Assembly: GCA_963698405.1 (NCBI GenBank)
Contig: CAVOQT010000009.1
Span: forward strand, 11,185-75,184
Source: an uncultured Gammaproteobacteria bacterium
Lineage (GTDB): Bacteria > Pseudomonadota > Gammaproteobacteria > Steroidobacterales > GCA-2729495
Length of the DNA: 64,000 bases
Direction of reading: 5' to 3'
This document shows positions 59,086-64,000 of the stretch, in pieces (positions within the stretch are counted from its first letter, which is position 1; each line of letters starts with the position of its first letter). The notes beneath the pieces were generated by a model that was given only the letters and a program-made list of their open reading frames with translations, had not been told where the DNA came from and did not search any database. The position numbers and the translations under genes are program-made.

Positions 59086-59781
59086 ATGAAGACCAGCATT
59101 CTTTCGTGGCTAAAAACACCTTCTGGTGAGGTAGCCGCCGACCTCTCTGATGAACCGCAGCGCGACGGAAGCACTGATATGCAGGAGAGCGAACAGCTCG
59201 ATGGCTGGCAGGAATGGCTGCACAAGAATGGCCAGCTGCGCGAACGGCAAGCCTATAAAAACGGCGTAAAGGACGGTCCGTGGGAAATGTTTCACGAGAA
59301 CAGCCAACTACGCTCCAAGGGCTGCTATCAGGACGGTCTGCGCAATGGGCCGTTTGAGGTTTACTACAGCAACGGTCAGCTGCGCTCCCGAGGCACGCAC
59401 AGTCAGGACAAGCGCCACGGGCCCTATGTTTCACACTACGAAAACGGCCAGCCGGATGCACGGGGAAGCTTTGCAGACGGCAACAAGACAGGTATCTGGG
59501 AGTGGTTTTACGCCAGCGGCCAGCTCAAACAAAGAGGCGCCTACACAGACGATCTCCTCGATGGCCCGCTGGAATCCTTTTATGAAAGCGGCCAGCTGAA
59601 AGCCACCGAGCACTACTCGGGAGGCCAGCAGGATGGCCCCTATGTGTCGTATCACGAGAACGGGCAGCTGCACGGGCGCGGACAATTCAGCGACGGACTG
59701 CCCGACGGGGCCTATGAGCTGTTTCACAAAGACGGCACTCTTCGGGAGTCCGGTAATCACAAGAAAGGCGTACGCAAGTAA
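59086..59781 (+). CDS. MORN-repeat-variant (YwqK-like) protein 1
   Basis: 231 aa with about 7 tandem repeats of roughly 23 aa, of the form G(Q/T)L...G.Y..G...GP.E.(F/Y)(H/Y).NGQL. No signal peptide. Confidence 0.7.
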   Translation: MKTSILSWLKTPSGEVAADLSDEPQRDGSTDMQESEQLDGWQEWLHKNGQLRERQAYKNGVKDGPWEMFHENSQLRSKGCYQDGLRNGPFEVYYSNGQLRSRGTHSQDKRHGPYVSHYENGQPDARGSFADGNKTGIWEWFYASGQLKQRGAYTDDLLDGPLESFYESGQLKATEHYSGGQQDGPYVSYHENGQLHGRGQFSDGLPDGAYELFHKDGTLRESGNHKKGVRK

Positions 59782-59792
59782 CGAACTGGAAC

Positions 59793-60353
59793 ATGGCAAG
59801 GCTGTTCTTTTACATCAAGCGGTTCTTCTCCCGCCTCAGGCGACCGGACGGTCTTACGGAGTGGTACTACCCGAATGGCCAACTGGAGCACAAGGGCAGC
59901 TACCGGGACGGCAAGGAAATCGGCTACTGGGAATACTTCCGTGAAGACGGAACGATGGAATTCCGCGGCAGCTACCGGAACGGCCTGCGAGACGGGAACT
60001 GGGAGCTGTTCCACCAGAACGGCCAGGTAATGGTCAGCGGGGCTTCAAAGGCCGGAAGGCCCGAAGGAACCTTTGAAAGATTTTCCGAGACCGGACACAT
60101 TGAGGAGCGGGCGATCTACAGCAACGGAGAGCAGCACGGACTCTGTGAGCGCTTTTATCCGGACGGCCAGCTGAGCGAAAAAGGCGAGTATGCGGGCGGC
60201 AAGCAGGATGGCTACTGGGAGTACTACCACCCGAACGGCCAGTTGAAAAAGCGGGGCCGCTTCATCAATCGTGACAGATTCGGCCCGTGGGACTTGTTCG
60301 ACGAGAACGGCCTGCTGCTGGAAAGCCGGAATTTCACGGAAGACGAGCGCTAG
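59793..60353 (+). CDS. MORN-repeat-variant (YwqK-like) protein 2
   Basis: 186 aa with the same repeat type (WYYPNGQLEHKGSYRDGKEIGYWEYFREDG...). It starts 12 nt after paralog 1. Confidence 0.7.
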   Translation: MARLFFYIKRFFSRLRRPDGLTEWYYPNGQLEHKGSYRDGKEIGYWEYFREDGTMEFRGSYRNGLRDGNWELFHQNGQVMVSGASKAGRPEGTFERFSETGHIEERAIYSNGEQHGLCERFYPDGQLSEKGEYAGGKQDGYWEYYHPNGQLKKRGRFINRDRFGPWDLFDENGLLLESRNFTEDER

Positions 60354-60382
60354 CCGCTTGCCGGATCTGGCCTGCTGCAGCG

Positions 60383-60706
60383 CTATTTTTCCAGCAGTTT
60401 CAGTTTACCCATGACCCCGTCCCATTCCTCGGCGTCCGGCGGCGGGTTCTTGCGGGCCTTGATTTTCGGCCAGACCTCCGCGAGCTTCGCATTCAGCTGG
60501 ATAAATGCCCGCTGACTCCTGGGAACCGCCCTTTCCTCCATGATTGCGCCCACCGGGCAGGCCGGCACGCAATAAATGCAGTCGATACAGGCATCCGGGT
60601 CGATCACCAGGAAGTTGGGACCTTCATGAAAGCAATCTGCCGGACAGACCGCGGCGCAACTCGTGTGCTTGCAGTTGATGCAATTCTCGGTAACAACAAA
60701 GGGCAC
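60383..60706 (-). CDS. fdxA: 7Fe ferredoxin (Azotobacter FdxA type)
   Basis: GTG start gives [55 protein letters not shown], the classic [3Fe-4S][4Fe-4S] Cys pattern. AGGGAGA SD. The listed ORF extends to 60808. Confidence 0.85.
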   Translation of the reverse strand: MPFVVTENCINCKHTSCAAVCPADCFHEGPNFLVIDPDACIDCIYCVPACPVGAIMEERAVPRSQRAFIQLNAKLAEVWPKIKARKNPPPDAEEWDGVMGKLKLLEK

Positions 60707-60840
60707 GTTCACATCTCCCTGTGAGCGGCAGGCGGTGGGGCGGGATTTCGGGCATTTTATACGCAGGCGACAGCCGTCCGCATACCCGGCGGCCGGAACG
60801 TGCAACAATTCTCCGCCAGACGAAAGGGACTGGACACCTG

Positions 60841-63800
60841 ATGATCACGACTGACGGCAATTCAGCCTGCGCGACGATTGCCCACAAGCTCAGCGAGGTG
60901 CTGGCCATCTACCCCATCACCCCGTCGTCGCCGATGGGCGACCTCGTGGATACCTGGTCCGGCAAGGCGCGACCCAACCTGTGGGGTGCAGTACCGCAAG
61001 TCATAGAGATGCAGAGCGAGGCCGGTGCGGCCGGCGCAGTGCACGGCGCCCTGCAACGCGGGGCGCTGGCTGCGACCTTCACCTCGTCGCAGGGCCTGCT
61101 GCTGATGATCCCCAACATGTACAAGATTGCCGGCGAGTTGCTGCCGACTGTCTTTCATGTTGCCGCTCGTACGGTCGCGACCCATGCCCTGTCGATCTTT
61201 GGCGACCACAGCGACGTGATGGCCTGTCGCAGCACCGGCTTTGCCATGCTGTGTGCCAACTCCGTCCAGGAGGTGCACGACTTCGCGCTGATCAGCCATG
61301 CCGCGGCACTGGAGTCACGGGTACCGGTACTGCACTTCTTCGACGGATTTCGTACCTCCCACGAATTGGCAAAAATCGAGCCGCTGGATGACGACTGCAT
61401 TAGAAAGCTGATCAGGGACGAGTGGCTGCAGGCACACCGCTATCGCAGCCTCTCGCCGGACAAGCCGGTCATGCGCGGCACCGCACAGAATCCCGACATC
61501 TATTTCCAGTCGCGTGAAGCGGTAAGTCCGTACTACGCGCGCTTCCCGCAGATCGTGCTGGACGCCATGGAGCGTCTGGCGCAGAGCACCGGGCGCCGCT
61601 ATCAGCTTTTCGATTATGTCGGCGCACCCGATGCAGAGCGGGTCATCGTGATGATGGGTTCGGGCGCTGAAACCGCCCACCAGACTGCAGAAGACCTGAA
61701 CGCAGCAGGTGAAAAAGTTGGCCTGCTCAAGGTGCGCCTGTTCCGGCCATTCTCTGCAGAACACCTGATTGCGGCGCTGCCAGCCACGGTTCGCCATATC
61801 GCCGTTCTCGACCGGACCAAGGAACCCGGCGCAGCCGGCGAACCCCTGTATCAGGACGTCATTACCGCTTTTGCAGAACATCTGTCGGCGGGCGGAGCGC
61901 GTTTCGCCGCCATGCCGCGCATCAGTGGCGGCCGTTATGGCCTGGCCTCCAAGGAATTTACACCGGGCATGGTCAAGGCGGCGTTCGACAATCTGCACGC
62001 AGACCGACCCAAAAATCACTTCACGGTGGGCATCCACGATGATGTGAGCCAGTCGAGTCTGGAGTGGGATGCGCATTTCGCAACCAGCGCCGACCGGAAT
62101 CTGCATGCGGCAGTGTTCTTTGGTCTCGGCAGCGATGGAACGGTCAGTGCAAACCAGAACACGATCAGCATCCTCGGCGAAGAAACCGATTACTACGCCC
62201 AGGGCCATTTCGTCTTCGACTCAAAGAAGTCAGGTGCAGTCACGGTCTCCCATCTGCGCTTTGGCGATAAGCCCATCCGCTCGACCTATGCCATCGGCGA
62301 CAATCAGGCGGAATTCATCGCCTGTCACCAGAGCACCTTCCTGGAAAACTACGACCTGCTGGACAAGGCCCGGCCCGGCGCAACCTTCCTGCTGAATGCC
62401 CCGTGGTCCATCGACAAGGTCTGGGACCGGCTGCCACGGCATATCCAGGCCTACATCATCAGCAAGCAGCTCAAGGTTTATGTCATCGATGCATACCGCG
62501 TTGCACGCGAGGCTGGGCTGGGTCCGCGCATCAACACCATCATGCAAACCTGCTACTTCGCCCTGTCGGGACTGTTGCCTGAAGCAGAGGCCATCCAGCA
62601 CATCAAGGCCATGGTGCAGCGTACCTACCAGTTCAAGGGCGGCACGATTCTGGAATCTAATGAGGCCGCCATAGACCGCGCACTGTCGCAACTGCATCAG
62701 CTTCCGGTGCCGGATCAGGTCACTGCAACCCACGACCGACGCAACCCGATTCCGGCCACCGCATCACCCTTCGTGCAGGAAGTCACCAGCAAGCTGATGG
62801 CCGGCCACGGCGACAGCCTGCCGGTCAGCCAGATGCCGATCGATGGCACCTGGCCACTGGGCACCGCAGCCTACGAGAAGCGACAACTGGCAACCGAGCT
62901 GCCGGTACTCGAGCCGGATCTCTGCATCCAGTGCGGCAAGTGCGCATTCGTCTGCCCACACAGCGCAATTCGCAGCAAGGTATTCGACCCGGCGTTGCTG
63001 AAAGACGCACCGGAGGATTTCCGGTCGGCCACGGTAGTGGGTACGGAGTTCAGCAAGGGCATGGCGATCACCTATCAAGTGGCCCCCGAAGACTGCACGA
63101 GCTGCACACTGTGCGTGGAAGTCTGCCCGGCATGGGACAAGACCAACCGCAGCCGCAAGGCACTGAACCTGCACCCCGTCGAACCGATCCGCGAGCGGGA
63201 AAAGGCCAAGTGGGACTTCTTCCTGTCGCTGCCCGAATACGACCGGCGCGAGATACCCTGGGACACCATCAAGGGTGCCGTCGTCGGACAACCCCTGTTC
63301 GAATTCTCCAGCGCCTGCGTCGGCTGTGGCGAGACGCCGTATATCCGCCTGGCAACACAGCTGTTCGGTGACCGGATGATCATCGCCAATGCCACCGGCT
63401 GCTCGTCGATCTACGGCGGCAATCTGCCTACAGCGCCCTACACCACCAATGCGGACGGCCGCGGGCCAGCCTGGTGCAATTCACTGTTTGAGGACAACGC
63501 CGAGTTCGGGCTGGGCATCCGCATCGGGCTCGACGAGCAGATCAATCATGCGCGGCAGCTGCTCACGGAATTGAGTGCGGAAGTCGGCACAGAGCTCGCG
63601 ACTGCCATCCTCGATGCCGACCAGCAGGACGATGCCGGCATACACGCGCAGCGCGAGCGGGTCGCAGAGCTGCAGCCGCTGCTGGAAAAGCTCAACTCAC
63701 CTGCGGCAAGGAACCTGCTCAGCATCGCCGATGCCCTGACCAGCAAGAGCGTATGGATCATCGGCGGTGATGGCTGGGCTTACGACATCGGCTTCTCGGG

Positions 63801-64000
63801 GCTGGACCACGTCATGGCCTCGGGACGCAACGTGAATATCCTGGTACTGGATACCGAGGTGTATTCGAATACCGGCGGTCAGATGTCCAAGGCCACACCA
63901 CGCGCTGCCGTGGCCAAGTTTGCTACCGGCGGCAAATCCGTACCGAAGAAAAACCTGGCCATGACAGCCATGGCCTATGAGAACGTATATGTCGCACAGG
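60841..64000 (+). CDS. nifJ: pyruvate:ferredoxin (flavodoxin) oxidoreductase, single-polypeptide NifJ/YdbK type, 3'-truncated by window edge
   Basis: Not in the ORF track because it has no stop in the window. My own translation from the ATG at 60841: [33 protein letters not shown]..., [15 protein letters not shown] (61321-), two 4Fe-4S motifs [12 protein letters not shown] and [12 protein letters not shown], the TPP region [16 protein letters not shown], and ...[13 protein letters not shown] at the edge. Confidence 0.9.
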   Translation, partial: MITTDGNSACATIAHKLSEVLAIYPITPSSPMGDLVDTWSGKARPNLWGAVPQVIEMQSEAGAAGAVHGALQRGALAATFTSSQGLLLMIPNMYKIAGELLPTVFHVAARTVATHALSIFGDHSDVMACRSTGFAMLCANSVQEVHDFALISHAAALESRVPVLHFFDGFRTSHELAKIEPLDDDCIRKLIRDEWLQAHRYRSLSPDKPVMRGTAQNPDIYFQSREAVSPYYARFPQIVLDAMERLAQSTGRRYQLFDYVGAPDAERVIVMMGSGAETAHQTAEDLNAAGEKVGLLKVRLFRPFSAEHLIAALPATVRHIAVLDRTKEPGAAGEPLYQDVITAFAEHLSAGGARFAAMPRISGGRYGLASKEFTPGMVKAAFDNLHADRPKNHFTVGIHDDVSQSSLEWDAHFATSADRNLHAAVFFGLGSDGTVSANQNTISILGEETDYYAQGHFVFDSKKSGAVTVSHLRFGDKPIRSTYAIGDNQAEFIACHQSTFLENYDLLDKARPGATFLLNAPWSIDKVWDRLPRHIQAYIISKQLKVYVIDAYRVAREAGLGPRINTIMQTCYFALSGLLPEAEAIQHIKAMVQRTYQFKGGTILESNEAAIDRALSQLHQLPVPDQVTATHDRRNPIPATASPFVQEVTSKLMAGHGDSLPVSQMPIDGTWPLGTAAYEKRQLATELPVLEPDLCIQCGKCAFVCPHSAIRSKVFDPALLKDAPEDFRSATVVGTEFSKGMAITYQVAPEDCTSCTLCVEVCPAWDKTNRSRKALNLHPVEPIREREKAKWDFFLSLPEYDRREIPWDTIKGAVVGQPLFEFSSACVGCGETPYIRLATQLFGDRMIIANATGCSSIYGGNLPTAPYTTNADGRGPAWCNSLFEDNAEFGLGIRIGLDEQINHARQLLTELSAEVGTELATAILDADQQDDAGIHAQRERVAELQPLLEKLNSPAARNLLSIADALTSKSVWIIGGDGWAYDIGFSGLDHVMASGRNVNILVLDTEVYSNTGGQMSKATPRAAVAKFATGGKSVPKKNLAMTAMAYENVYVAQ

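Noticed and set aside
61315-62208. 297-aa minus-strand ORF, plus 60862..61299, 62230..62733 and 62764..63291, in the region after fdxA.
   Set aside because: All are antisense to the unlisted plus-strand PFOR reading frame (60841 to the window end), which has unambiguous PFOR motifs.
1-64000. CRISPR arrays, tRNA/rRNA genes, IS elements, integrases, prophage genes, restriction-modification or other defence systems, and toxin-antitoxin pairs.
   Set aside because: I saw no direct-repeat/spacer arrays, transposase or integrase-like ORFs, nuclease/helicase/methylase-type ORFs or small two-gene TA cassettes. The YwqK-like label of the MORN genes is family naming only, and no toxin partner is present.

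Overview
GC-rich, gammaproteobacterial-type chromosomal window. About 8.9-48.2 kb is one complete polar-flagellum regulon in Pseudomonas/Vibrio-like order: flgN-flgM-flgA (minus strand), then flgBCDEFGHIJKL-fliC-flaG-fliD-fliS-fliT-PilZ-like, fleS-fleR-fliEFGHIJ-fliK, and fliLMNOPQR-flhB-flhA-flhF-fleN-fliA-motCD-DUF2802. I could read four sigma-54 promoters and two sigma-28 promoters directly. Left flank: a 5'-truncated cysteine synthase, small ABM and DUF3088 genes, a minus-strand polyamine block (uspA-aguA, then DHS-like-speA-aguB), a secreted PXPV/His-rich peptide and a stand-alone HDOD gene. Right flank: an HDOD-GGDEF cyclase, a REC-less FleQ-like sigma-54 activator, an aminotransferase, a GATase1, cueR-copA, DUF2249, quinol NO reductase norB, two tandem MORN-repeat genes, fdxA, and a 3'-truncated pyruvate:ferredoxin oxidoreductase that the ORF track misses because it has no stop in the window. 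I saw no rRNA/tRNA, CRISPR array, transposase, integrase or recognisable defence or toxin system. The most unusual observation is that six flagellar genes lying almost consecutively (flgI, flgJ, flgK, flgL, fliC, fliD; only the short flaG between them is intact) each carry one single-nucleotide frame disruption within about 8.9 kb. Every other gene I could judge is intact. This is either a local assembly artefact or recent, selective inactivation of the outer flagellar parts while the basal body and export apparatus stay intact. Secondary points: an unusual regulatory layout (REC-less FleQ far from fleSR, sensor-less FleS, several c-di-GMP/HDOD accessory genes, no che genes), a textbook MerR-type CueR promoter implying a leaderless cueR, and a lower-GC MORN gene pair. 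I cannot claim a clearly novel multi-gene system from sequence alone.
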